DNA of 64,000 bases from Paraspadella gotoi (lineage: Eukaryota > Animalia > Chaetognatha), in contig CM119268.1 of NCBI GenBank assembly GCA_051294375.1, positions 1,819,486 to 1,883,485 of the forward strand, read 5' to 3'. This document shows positions 37,604 through 49,100 of the stretch, piece by piece (positions within the stretch are counted from its first letter, which is position 1; each line of letters opens with the position of its first letter). Made by a program: the position numbers and the translations under genes. The notes under the pieces were generated by a model that was given only the letters and a program-made list of their open reading frames with translations, had not been told where the DNA came from and did not search any database.

Positions 37604-38043
37604 TAGACTGGATTTCCTGAATAACGTGAATAACCATTTATATCACGATAATCATTGTTCTCTTAATAACCGAAATAATTGACTTTATAATATAACAATA
37701 ATAAAAGAAAAGATTCATTGTCAGGATTTGATCCTGAGAAAATCCTCATCAATATCAGTGCATTTACTGACTGTGCCACTTAGGCACTTTACAAATAGAT
37801 ATTCCAATTTAGTAAATATATTGTTAATTGATTTATGTATTTCCTTCATAAAGGATTGAACTGCTAATTGGAATCCTTTAAGTTTATAAATATCTATATG
37901 CCAAAACAATAGTAAAATGAAACTTTAACATTAATAGACATTAATAAACTTAATGGAACCCAGTTAGCAATGATTATCGTGATCCAAATGGTTATTCACG
38001 TCGCTGGATCGACCGTGGATGAGAGGTCAGGAGATCCAGTCTA
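37604..38043. mobile_element. MITE/fold-back-like non-autonomous element with bipartite inverted repeats
   Basis: tagactggatttcctga (37604-37620) vs tcaggagatccagtcta (38027-38043), 16/17 match. acgtgaataaccatttatatcacgataatcattg (37624-37657) vs 37968-38001, 32/34 match. AT-rich non-coding interior. Confidence 0.7.
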
Positions 38044-38194
38044 CAGTACACAAATTGTTTGCGTTTTCGCATTTCGCTATTTTTTTCCGCGTGCGATTTA
38101 TAGTATCACACTTGAAACTGTATTTATTTATTAAGTTTATCTACAATTAATTTAGGACCAGATCAACATCATCACAAAAGAAACATAAAAGAAA

Positions 38195-40594
38195 ATGCTG
38201 TCTCTATTTAAATCATGGACTTCGCACGAAGGCCGAAAAGTCTTCAACGAAAAACTTTTCCAAATCCTCGACTCTAAATCCGAACCCTTCGTCGGGTTTT
38301 TGGAATTGTTCGAAGCTCCCGGTCGACCCCGTCGATCCGACTTCGTCAAGGACGCCGTTCAGGGATTCGCCTCGTGGCTGACTGATCGTCGACGCGATCG
38401 ACCCAACCTCGTCGCCAACGAAGAGACAAAACGCCGCGCCTTCACCCTCTTCGCTTTCTCATCAACCGGGTCTCCCGAAGCCCTCTCCGTTTTGTGCGAC
38501 GTCTACAGCGTGACGCCGGCGGACGGCTCTTGGGCGACGCCGTTAGTTCGTCGCTTGTGGGAAGAGAAGGGCGCCCATCCGGTCGGCGCCTGCCTCGTCG
38601 CTAAACTTCAACTTTTCAAAACTTTTTCCATCGACGACATTCTGCTGACACTGCTGATGACGGACAAGATCCTCGCCATGGATTCCTTCGCCGATGCCTC
38701 CCCGGCGGCGCGAGATCGTCTCCTCCGCTTATTCGACAAGTGGTTAATGATGAGCGAGACCGAGATCGAGGCCGACATCCTCGACTCCGCGCCCACCCTT
38801 TCTCTTCTCGACCCCAAGAAACTCTCGTGGCAAAAGATCGCGCGAAAGACCGTGAAGAAGACGGCGAATCGGCTGGCGAAAAAGTACGGAGTCGACAAGG
38901 ATCCTAACCTTTGTCCCAACTTGTATCGAGAGAAGACGGAAGACAATATTCGCTTCAATAATCACGAGTTGCGCAATTTCTCCATCGACGAAGAAACTTA
39001 CCTCGATAACGTCGACTCGTACGTGGCGAAGGAGAAAGATCCCTTTTTCCCCGAATTCGCCCTCTACGCTCTGCGTCATTTGGACGACATGAGTCACGAC
39101 GCCGCGAGAAACATCGACGCGGATTTCATGGCGCGATTGGCCGTCAAGTGGTGCGTACCGCCGGAGGCGCTGGAGGTTGAGTTATTTCACGTTTTCGAAC
39201 GTGTCGGTCTTGTCAAAATTGAGGACGAGAGAGATGACGACGAAGCGCGGGATGCTTTAAAGGATTTTTTCTTCGACCTTCCGTTGTCCGACGACGCCGT
39301 TATCTTCGTCGACGATAAACGCGCCTTTTTCGACGCCTGCGATTTTCTTTCTCGATCCTCGATCATCGGCGTCGATTGTGAATGGCCCTCTTTCGGAGTC
39401 GACGCTCACGCCACTCCGAGAGTCTCTTTGCTTCAGATGGCGACGGAAGATACAATTTATCTTTTCGACGTAAAGACTCTTTCCTCTCGTCTCGTCCCGG
39501 ACGATTGGTCCTGGTTGGGTCACATTTTCGTCGACCAGTCAATCTCCAAGATTGGTTTTGGTCTCGCCGACGACCTTGGCTATCTCTCATCGACCGTCCC
39601 ATCTCTGGAGCAGTTCCTCTCGCCGTCCGCGCGAACGCGATGTTCCGAACTCCAGACGGTCGTCGAGAGAATTGAAACTCTAGAGCCACAGCTGCTGCGC
39701 GACTACGACGTCGCCACCTGCGGCTACAATAAAATCACCGGCGGCCTCTCGGGTCTCGTATCGCATCTCTTCGGCAAGCCGCTCGACAAGGGTCCGCAGC
39801 GGTCCAACTGGGACCTGCGCCCGCTGCGGCGTTCGCAGCTTCGATACGCCGCTCTCGATGCGTTCGTGCTTCTTCGCGTCCGCGAGGATTTGCTGCAACG
39901 CGTCGCCATCAGCCGCGATTTCGATTACGAATTTTTCGCTTCGGGAAAATTGACGCCGTCAGAGGAGAAAGAGAAGGAGGAGAAAGAGAAGGAAAAGCAG
40001 AGGAAGAAGAAAGAGGCGATTGAAGGGAGAAATTCTAATACTAATATTAAGAATGATAATACTAATATAAAGAATAATAATACTAACGGTAACGTCGGGA
40101 AAACTAACATTCACGACCCCTTTGGATTCGCCAAATTGACGGAGTCTGCAAGCGCCAATTCTAAGGGCGGGTCATCGACCGTTTCGGCTGGAATCCCGGC
40201 CGGCTTTTACGAAAGCGACGAAGACGATGACGTTTGCTTTATGGGGCGGGGATCTGATGACGACGATGCTCATGACCCTTGTCCTTTGAACAGAGATGTC
40301 ATCCAATCATCTTTTGTTCCTTCCGGTGCTATTTACGGCGCTCCTTCCGGCGCTCCTTCCGGCGCTCCTTCAAATGCTCTACACAGCGAACCTGTTAAGC
40401 CTTCTAAAATGGGACGAGGAAGAGGCAGGGGACGCGGCCGGTCGAGAGTCGCGACTGACCCTTCACCGACGGAGCGTTGGGGTGGAGGAGACGTCGTCTC
40501 TCCCGGGCTTATCGCGAAAAAGACTCGGGCGCGAGCTGTCGACGACGCTTTGCCTTTGGGAAAAGTTACATTCGGGAGAGGAGGACGTTTCTAA
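38195..40594 (+). CDS. EXD3: EXD3/mut-7/Nibbler-like DEDDy 3'-5' exonuclease, single exon
   Basis: IIGVDCEW, VSLLQMAT, KIGFGLADDL, GLSGLV..GKPLDK..SNWDLRPLR..QLRYAALDA, with a long helical N-terminal region. Confidence 0.85.
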   Translation: MLSLFKSWTSHEGRKVFNEKLFQILDSKSEPFVGFLELFEAPGRPRRSDFVKDAVQGFASWLTDRRRDRPNLVANEETKRRAFTLFAFSSTGSPEALSVLCDVYSVTPADGSWATPLVRRLWEEKGAHPVGACLVAKLQLFKTFSIDDILLTLLMTDKILAMDSFADASPAARDRLLRLFDKWLMMSETEIEADILDSAPTLSLLDPKKLSWQKIARKTVKKTANRLAKKYGVDKDPNLCPNLYREKTEDNIRFNNHELRNFSIDEETYLDNVDSYVAKEKDPFFPEFALYALRHLDDMSHDAARNIDADFMARLAVKWCVPPEALEVELFHVFERVGLVKIEDERDDDEARDALKDFFFDLPLSDDAVIFVDDKRAFFDACDFLSRSSIIGVDCEWPSFGVDAHATPRVSLLQMATEDTIYLFDVKTLSSRLVPDDWSWLGHIFVDQSISKIGFGLADDLGYLSSTVPSLEQFLSPSARTRCSELQTVVERIETLEPQLLRDYDVATCGYNKITGGLSGLVSHLFGKPLDKGPQRSNWDLRPLRRSQLRYAALDAFVLLRVREDLLQRVAISRDFDYEFFASGKLTPSEEKEKEEKEKEKQRKKKEAIEGRNSNTNIKNDNTNIKNNNTNGNVGKTNIHDPFGFAKLTESASANSKGGSSTVSAGIPAGFYESDEDDDVCFMGRGSDDDDAHDPCPLNRDVIQSSFVPSGAIYGAPSGAPSGAPSNALHSEPVKPSKMGRGRGRGRGRSRVATDPSPTERWGGGDVVSPGLIAKKTRARAVDDALPLGKVTFGRGGRF
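40038..40371 (+). repeat. Short coding tandem repeats in the EXD3 tail (21-nt Asn-rich unit x2.5; ggcgctccttcc x3)
   Basis: aatactaatattaagaatgat/aatactaatataaagaataat near 40038-40088; GAPS x3 near 40337-40371. Confidence 0.8.
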
Positions 40595-40808
40595 TGAAAT
40601 TTTATTACTGTTTTATTAATGTTATTATGTATTGATTACTTCTACAAAATCATTGTCACTAAAATGTATTGCATAATTGTAATAATTATATTGATTATTA
40701 TTTTATTGCTAGTTTATATAGTTTTAATTATTATATATTGTTGTCGAATCTGTATTTTCAGAGGGGTTTTTTTTTTGCCCCCCCCCCCTGCTTTAAAAAA
40801 AGGGAAAA

Positions 40809-42785
40809 ATGGACTCTTCCCCTCCCTGCGCCGCATGGAAAATATTTTTAATATTTACATGCGGACTCGCCATTCTGCTCTTCGGCGTTCTCTCGCCGCC
40901 CATGTTCAACAAAATCATCCGTGGCCGGATCCAGGATGAGGTTCCCCTACGCGAGCCGGTGAACGGCTCCGAACCCGCCCTATCCTTCCGCTTCTGGAGG
41001 GACATTCCTCAGCCCATGCGGATGAAGTTTTACCTGTTCGAAGTGGCCAACCCGCTGGAGGTTGTAGAGAATGGAGAGGCCCCTTATCTCCTCGAAAGGG
41101 GCCCTTACGTCTACGAGCAGAAGCGGTATAAGAAGGACATAGTTTTCGCGGAGAACGGGACGATAGTCTCCTATAGGGAGGAACGAACGTTCCGCTTTCT
41201 GCCCGAAGAGAGCGTGGGCGGGGAGAACGACAGCGTTCGTCTCCTCAACGTCCCCTTCCTGAGCGTGCTGCAGCAGTCGCGTGGGAAGAATTGGTTCGAG
41301 CGAAAGATTTTAGAAGGATTGATCGCGTCGACCAAGACGGAGCTTTTCCAGACGAAGACGGTTTGGAACTGGATTTGGGGATGCGACGATCCGCTTTTGA
41401 TTGCGCTTAAAGGCATTAGTCAACCCGTGCCCTTTACGTTTTTCGGTTGGTTTATGCATCGGAACAACAGTGCCCAAGCCAACGTTACGATTTACACGGG
41501 AGTTGGTAAGTTTTTTTGGGTTTTTTTTAGATCATGAATTAGGTCGCGGTTGATTTTTTCATCGGCGTGAGTTGTCATGACAAAAATCCAAATTGATTCA
41601 GTCTTTCGCACTTATACTTAAATTAGAAAGAGGGATGTTTATAGTTTCAAACATTTTTTTCAGGCAACCTGACGAACGAAGGCCAAATCGTTTCCTACAA
41701 CGGAAAATCGGAACTGGACGTTTGGCGCGATAAATACTGCAACGCCATCAACGGCACCGACGGCACGATGTTCCATCCCTTCGTGACCAAGAGCGATTGG
41801 CTCTACATGTTTTCGCCTGATATTTGCCGATCCCTCTACGGCGTCTTCGAGTCGGAGACGACCATCCAAGGCCTTCAGGCCTACAAATTCATCATCCCCA
41901 TCCAAGTCTTTGATAACGAGACGACGAACCCGGACAACGCCTGCTACTGCGTACCCGACGACAGTCACTGCCTCGGCACGGGATTGCTTAACATATCCCA
42001 GTGCCAATTCGGCGCCCCAGTCGTTTCTTCCCAGCCGCACTTATTTCAAGTAATTCACACTCGGCAATTGTCATTTGATTTTTACGTTGAATAACTTCAT
42101 GTATTATGATTATCTACTCCCATGAATCAAACCACAGGCGAATCCTGCCTACCTCGCTCGCATCCGCGGTCTCAGTCCCGACGCCTCTCGCCATCAAACC
42201 ATCCTCCACGTTGAGCCTCACATCGGCATGGTGCTCGACGCCGCTAAACGTCTTCAGATCAACGGCTACGTCGAAAAAATCCCCGTCTGGTCAAAGTATT
42301 TTCAAAACTTTCCCGATCGCCTCATTTTCCCCGTCATCTGGATCGAAGAGTCGGCCCTTCTGGACGATCACACGGCGTCGGTGCTGCGAGAGACCGTCGC
42401 GGACAAGCTGCGCCTCGTCGACGCCATAGTTGTCGCAGTCGATGTCGTCGGCGCCTTCCTTATCGGCGTCGCTCTGCTGCTTACAGCCCACCTTTTTGCG
42501 GCGCGCTGCCGCCGCGGAGAGAAAGCGGCGCCGCTCGGCGGGAAGCTCGTTCGCGTCGACAGCGAGGAGGAGCGGGAGGTGAGCGCGGCGCCGGCGGCGC
42601 CAACGGAGCTGGGCTACGAAAACCCTCTCGTGTCGGGAGAGGAACCACGCGGAGGAAGTTACGGCGCCATCGGCCGAACTCCGCCGCGGGATAAGAGGGA
42701 ATCTTCCGGCGTCGGGCCGGAAGGATCGGTCAATCCCCAGGGAAAGGAGCGGACCATGCCAGATTGGCTGGAAAACCTTTCCTGA
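40809..42785 (+). CDS. Class B scavenger receptor (CD36/SCARB/LIMP-2 family; 3 exons)
   Basis: N-terminal TM, KFYLFEVANP..ERGPYVY, CNAINGTDG.MFHP, FSPDICRS, GLLNISQCQFGAPVVSSQPH, AAKRLQIN, FPVIWIEE, C-terminal TM. Confidence 0.92.
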
Positions 42786-43267
42786 AAAAAAAAAATCGGT
42801 TATCATGAGTTGATTTTTTTTAATTCCTTTTTTATTTTTGGTGACAATTTTGCTTGCACTTAATTTTTTTTTGTTTTTGACATTTTTTTCATAATTACCT
42901 GATCTGGTACTACCATTTTCGACCTCATTTTATTTTTGTAGAATCTGGTTTTAGGTTTAGTTAGTTGTCTATTATTATCTGCCATTAATAATGCCATTAT
43001 TAATTATTCCACCCTTAAAACCCAAACCAATTAACGGTTGTTTTTCATATCAAGCTTTATCGAAATTTGCCAGATTAAATCGCTATTTTCGACTATTACC
43101 AAGACGTATTTATTGGTATTCAGGTTACTGTTTTTTATTATTGGCCTATTGTTCAATTTCGTATATCGGACGAATTATTCCAACTCGCTCATTTTCAGTT
43201 ATGACGAAAATGAAACGAAGAACAATACTTATATTATTCCTTTAAAAAAATAATAAACGATTGGTCG

Positions 43268-44830
43268 ATGCGGATAATAGTTCTTCGTCGCTCGGCGATA
43301 ATGGCGCTCAAGGCGGCGACCGCCTTCGCCGTCGTCGCCCTACTCGTTCTTTATACTCAACAGCAGACGACGACCTCTTCTGATCCTCATTTCCAACGAG
43401 AAACTAGGAAGAGATACTCTGCCGACTCCGCCGAAGCCGCCGACGCCGCCCACTCTGACAAAAAGCTCGCGCGTGATTCGGCCGGCGACGGCGTTTGCCA
43501 CGGGTGCGGCGCGGACGGCAAAGTCCTCGTTCATTTGGCGGTCGTGGCTTGCGGAGATAGGATGCCAGGTCTGTTGTAATAGAATTATGTTTTGATAAAA
43601 AAAAGAGCGAAGAATAATTTATGTTGTTAAAAAAAGAAACCGTGGTCCTGTTGAAATCCGCCGTCATGTTCTCCACGCCTTTTACCCGCTTTCACTTTCA
43701 CCTCTTCACCGAGGATCATCTTAAAGCCAATTTGACTGACGCCCTCACCGCATGGCCGTCCTACGTCACAAGTCGTTTCGCGTTTACCATCCGTCCAATC
43801 ACCTTTCCAGGTTTGGTGAAGAGAATGAGAGTCGGAATTTCACTTTAATTTATTGTTAAAAAGAAATAGGCGCGAAAACTGCTCTTTTGTTACAGCTACA
43901 GAGGATTTCCAAAAGTGGAAGGAACTCTTCAAACCCTGCGCTTCTCAGCGTTTGTTTTTCCCCAACATTCTTCAAGACCAGAAGTTGTTGTTGTACGTCG
44001 ACACGGACATCCTCTTTCTCGCCCCAGTTCATCTTATTTGGAGTCATTTCGAAAAGTTTAACCGGTCGCAGTTGGCGGCTTTGTCGCCGGAGCACGAGGA
44101 CAAATCCATGGGCTGGTTTGTATTTTGTTATAATTATTATCATTAATGGACCAGTATTTTCCTTTCATTTCTACCTTTTCATAGGTATAACCGTTTCGCC
44201 ATGCACCCGTACTACGGAGAGTTGGGCGTCAATTCCGGCGTCATGTTGATGGACTTGGAACGAATGCGAGAGTCCAGGTGGGAAAAGAACATGATCCAGT
44301 TTCAAGAAAAGTATCAGTACAAGATCGTATGGGGCGATCAGGATCTTATCAACGTATTCTTCGCGCGCTTTCCGGAAAAGTTGTACCTTTACTCGTGCCG
44401 GTGGAATTACCGGCCGGATCACTGCATGTACATGCAGGTTAGTTGAGAGAATTCAGTCGACGGTTCGATAAAAGTAGATCAATTTAAAGTTAATGATATT
44501 TGTTTTTATTTTGGTGGCATCTTCTCTCATCTATTTCGTCCATCTTGACTTTGAAAGAACTGTCACGACGCTGTCGAAAACGGCGTCGCCGTTCTTCACG
44601 GCAACCGGCGTTCCTTCCACACCGAAAAACAGCTGGCCTTCAAGGCGGTCTACGACGCCGTTGCCGCTTACCGTTTCGACGGCGGCGACGCCGAACGAGA
44701 CGTCGTCCGCCGATTGGCGAAGGAGTTGGCGGAACTCGAGGGGAAATCCCGATGCGCCGCATACGACGACGCCATTTTGAAGACGTTAAGAAAATCGATC
44801 AAGAATGTCCCGAGCTTGACCAGTAGCTGA
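43268..44830 (+). CDS. GXYLT1: Glucoside xylosyltransferase (GT8; shams/GXYLT; 5 exons)
   Basis: [77 protein letters not shown]. Confidence 0.93.
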
Positions 44831-45167
44831 CACAGATAGCACGGCGTCGACGAAAGGATTCGCACCGCACCGCATTCCTTCCCTCTTTTATCCACGTTAT
44901 CGTGAACGACTCGCTTATTCTCAGTTATGACTGATTCATTTCTTTCCCAAAGAATTGCACACAATTTAGAAACGTTTGTTTACAATGTTTTGTATTGTAT
45001 TTTTCTTGGCGTATTTTCTTGAGAAAATTGTTTTATATTATTTTCTTACAGATCCAGGATATTACCAATTAGTGAATAGTGATTTATAATTTTTGAATAT
45101 CCTTTTGAGTAGACGACGGGTGAGGAATAAAAATAAAACGGGGAGATCGTTAGATCTCATCTTCGCG

Positions 45168-45821
45168 ATGGTTTATCCGGGCGAAACCCCCGTAGACTTC
45201 GAGGCACTGACATTTCTTTTGAAGGCTAATTCCAAGGACCAACTCCGCAACCTTTTTTGCGAAGCCTTCGATCGACGCCGCGACGCCGCTTGGCCGACGT
45301 CCGGCGCCGCACAAGCCGTTCTCGATTCCTTATCGCTCGATTCTCTGGACGAGTCTCGCCGCTTGTTGATAGCCATTCATCTCCTGGTCAAACTCGCCCT
45401 CTACCGCAGCGGCGACCTCGTCCGTGGCTCCGCGCCCGGCGAGGATCCCAAGGCGACGGCTCAACGCATCGCCGAGTTGTTTCCCGCCGATTTCAATCGC
45501 AAACTTCGCGACCTCGTCGTCAAACTCTTGGCCGAGTTCCTCCCCGGTTGGCGTCGTCGCGCCATCGAGGATCGCGTCGGACTCCCGCGCCTCGCCGACT
45601 TTCGGTGGCGCGTGGACGCTAAGACCGCCTCGGACACCGTCGACCGGATCGGAATCCCCACGTGCTTCGTCCAACTCTCGGTGGAACGGGGTCGTTGTGG
45701 CGACGGCGGGGACGGGGCGAAGGAAGTCGTCAACGTCGAGTTCACTCAAGAACAAATGAACAATTTGGTGGGAGGATTGAAAAAGATTAAGAATCAACTC
45801 GAGTCCGTGACGAAAAAATGA
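45168..45821 (+). CDS. COMMD9: COMM domain-containing protein 9, single exon
   Basis: FEALTFLLKANSKD, LFPADFNRKLRDLVVKLL, COMM domain LPRLADFRWRVDAKTASD..PTC..GLKKIKNQL. Confidence 0.88.
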   Translation: MVYPGETPVDFEALTFLLKANSKDQLRNLFCEAFDRRRDAAWPTSGAAQAVLDSLSLDSLDESRRLLIAIHLLVKLALYRSGDLVRGSAPGEDPKATAQRIAELFPADFNRKLRDLVVKLLAEFLPGWRRRAIEDRVGLPRLADFRWRVDAKTASDTVDRIGIPTCFVQLSVERGRCGDGGDGAKEVVNVEFTQEQMNNLVGGLKKIKNQLESVTKK

Positions 45822-46116
45822 AAGAGAAAACAAAACCAAATTTGGGAAGCAAGTTGTCCAATCAAAAAAATCTGGGTCATCGATTTTTGTCTGTCATTGA
45901 TTAAACATGAAGTGGAGAGTGAATGAACATACATTCTACAATCTACATTCCCGTTACGATTCGCCATGGCAAAACTGTGATTTATTTAATTGTAACATGA
46001 TTCGTTTGTTTGAAAATTTGTTTGAAAAAAGGACGAATTTGATCGAATTTAACTTTTATTTTTAGGACTAGTTATGCAAAATATGTTACACGAGAGAGCA
46101 TTTTAAAACAAAAATC

Positions 46117-49100
46117 ATGGATTTTATACATTTGGCATTTATCATTGGTGCCAATGCATCCATAGCTTTAGGCTCCTACTCTTTAACGTCACTTCTTATC
46201 CCTTCTTTTTCCGAGTAAGTATGATGAAACCTTTTTAGAGTGTCAGTAACCAAGCGTTCTGGTTGCCCACGCCGCCGCCATTGTTATTTCCGCCGCCGCC
46301 ATTATTTCCGCTTTGTTCGTAGAACATGAAGTCGATGAGAAACAAAGCTCCCATTAATGTCGCTTTTAACTGGATTTTGACGTAAAATTAAAATCTTAAA
46401 AGCATAAGGATCGTCACAATCGCATAATAAAAATCTGGATTGACGACAAATTTTGATACTAAAAAAATCAAATTTGAAAAAAAAAAATTATTAACAGAAA
46501 AGAATAGAAAGGAAAGAAAGAATGGAAAGAAAGAATAGAAAGGAAAGAAAGAAAAATAAAAATAAAGAGAGTGACGAGAAGAAAGAACGAAATAAAAACC
46601 CGATGTTGCGATAGCAAAATGATAACATGCACGAATGCAATGCCTAATTTTACGAGTTCAATCCTAATTGAATTTTTTTTTAATAAAAACGCAGAGAGAG
46701 AGAGAGAGAGAGAAAGAAGACAAATCGTTTTCGGACGAATAAGCAGAAGCAGCAGGAGAAAAGAGAGAAAAAGAAAGCCTTTGCAGAGCCCAAGGAATCA
46801 GCGACTGGGGAAAAGAGAGAGAGAGAGCTACATATAATTAAAAGAGAAAAGAGAGAGACAGAGACATAAAAATAAAAGTAGAGCAAATTTGTTTGTTTTG
46901 ATATAATGTAAACAAAACGTATTTAATAAACCTCGACGATGAGAAGCTGTATATAAATTTTCAGCTTCATAAACCCAAATTTAATCTTCAAAAATGCGGT
47001 CTATGAATTGGAACGACGACGACGCCACTTCTGTGCAAAAGCGTTACGAGATCGTCGCAAAGGCAAAGCGATTGCGACGATAATAAAATTTATAGACATT
47101 TAAATTTTAAACATAAAGTAATTACCTGAACTGACAGAAGCTGATGAAACATAATGGTGAAGTTGTCCGCGTCAGTGAAGTAACCCTTCACCGTGAATTT
47201 TCTATTTATTATGGCGATTTCGGTTCCTGTCACGAAACGAGCCGATTGACTTTTTAGTTTCTCCGCGAGTTGGTCGGTAAGTCTGTCCATCCAATGTTTA
47301 TAACTTTTGTGATGTTGCATCTATTAAGTTTATATTTGGTAGGAAGTTAAGGTACCATAAGGCCTTTATTGTGCATATGTATCATACTTGTGCATTCACG
47401 TGATCATTTAGAATAGCAGTCAAATGACCCAAAATTAAATGCGGCATAATTCATAAAATATAAAATGATTTTAGTTATTACCTGGCCAACTGGTGAAACA
47501 TTACTAAATGCTTCTCGGCATCTTTTTATACTTGTGTAGTCACGTGACCACGAAAAATTACGGTCATGTGATCGTTAAGTAAATGCGACGTATTTCTTGT
47601 AATGTCGGGTTGTTTGAGTTAAATATACGTGTAAAAAAGTCACTGCGGCGCAACACGTTGCAACCAAATTTTTCGCGAAATCGTCTTTTATATACCTTGA
47701 AGATCGTAGACAGGAAAGGGGGTATCCCTGAAGCAATGACACTCGCAAGGGAGTGGGCAATAGACTTTGGCAACGAGGTTGTGAGGTGGAGTGTAGACTT
47801 CGTAAATTGTTCGGCAGGGATGCGGGATTTGGAGCAACAACCCGATCATGTCTCCCACGGGAGCCTCGATGCACATTTCTTGTAGACAGGCCACGTTGCA
47901 GCACATGGGACGATACGGCCGGTAGAAGTGGATGACTTCGTTATTAAATCCGTCCACGAATTCCATGTTAAACTCTCTCTTCATGTCGCAAAACTGTCGA
48001 TGGCAGCAGGGAGACAACTCCTTTGCTTTGTAAATGTGTTGGCCATACTGGTTGAAAACGTCGTACTTGTTTGCCTGCTCGCAACCCAACACTAATTCGA
48101 GTACCTTAAGTAAAACATTTCTAAATATTTATTTAATCCTGAAGAATCATGAATTTTCTGGAAAAAAAAATATTTTACTGTCAATTACGTTCAACTTTTG
48201 GCAAATCATTTTTTTTAATGCTTGCCTAATACCTATTGTGTACATTGTACACTGTACATTGTACACTGTACAATGTGTAGGACTGTATCTATTGATAAAA
48301 AAATTGCTATTTTGCTATTAGAGCTGGCCTACTTCCTTTGCAAATTTTTGCACTGTTTATTTACCTCGATCCGTTGCTTGACGACAAACATTTGCAAGAG
48401 CGAGAAGTACTCCAATCCTGGCGGGCAGTCAGAATTCTGGACTGGAGGTGTTTCCATCCACCATTCGGCGCCGATCTGAATGGCCCTGTACGGCGGCGGT
48501 GGTTCACCTTGTTGCGGGCCTTGATTTTGACTAAATGCTGCAATGGAATACGATTAGAGCGATGACTTGCGAATATTTATATTTATATTTTAAGTCGAAT
48601 AATTCGGACGTCCACTAGTTGGGAGACAGTAAAATAGTGGATCCACTGATTATGAGAAAATAATCCTGGCTGCAACTGTGCACGATAAAAAAACAAGTGC
48701 AAGGAAATACATTTCTCAAATTTTCCCGTACGTTCGTTTTCGTTGATCTCTTCATCCGCTCCGTTATTTTCGTTAAAATCTTTTCCCAATTCTTTTGTAG
48801 CGAAATTCGCGTCGCTTATGTTCGTCTTCACCCGGTCCCCGCTCGCTCCATCCTTTTCGCTCCATTCCGCTTGAGCGTCCCGCTCCTTTGGCTGGAGTCT
48901 AATCAGCTCCTTCGTTTTTTCCTTTTCTATCTTTTCTTTCTTTTCTTTCTTCTTAATCTTCCAACCGAACGGCATCGCGTTTTCTCTCGCGTCTCAACTT
49001 GTTTCTGAGTAATATCTTCTATTATTCTCTATGATTATTGCTAAATCTATTTCTTTTCTTTAGCTTAGTTAACAAGTACAGAGATTTATTCGTGATTTTG

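Noticed and set aside
47539-47548. GTCACGTGAC palindrome (CLEAR/E-box)
   Set aside because: Single intronic occurrence with no supporting promoter evidence.
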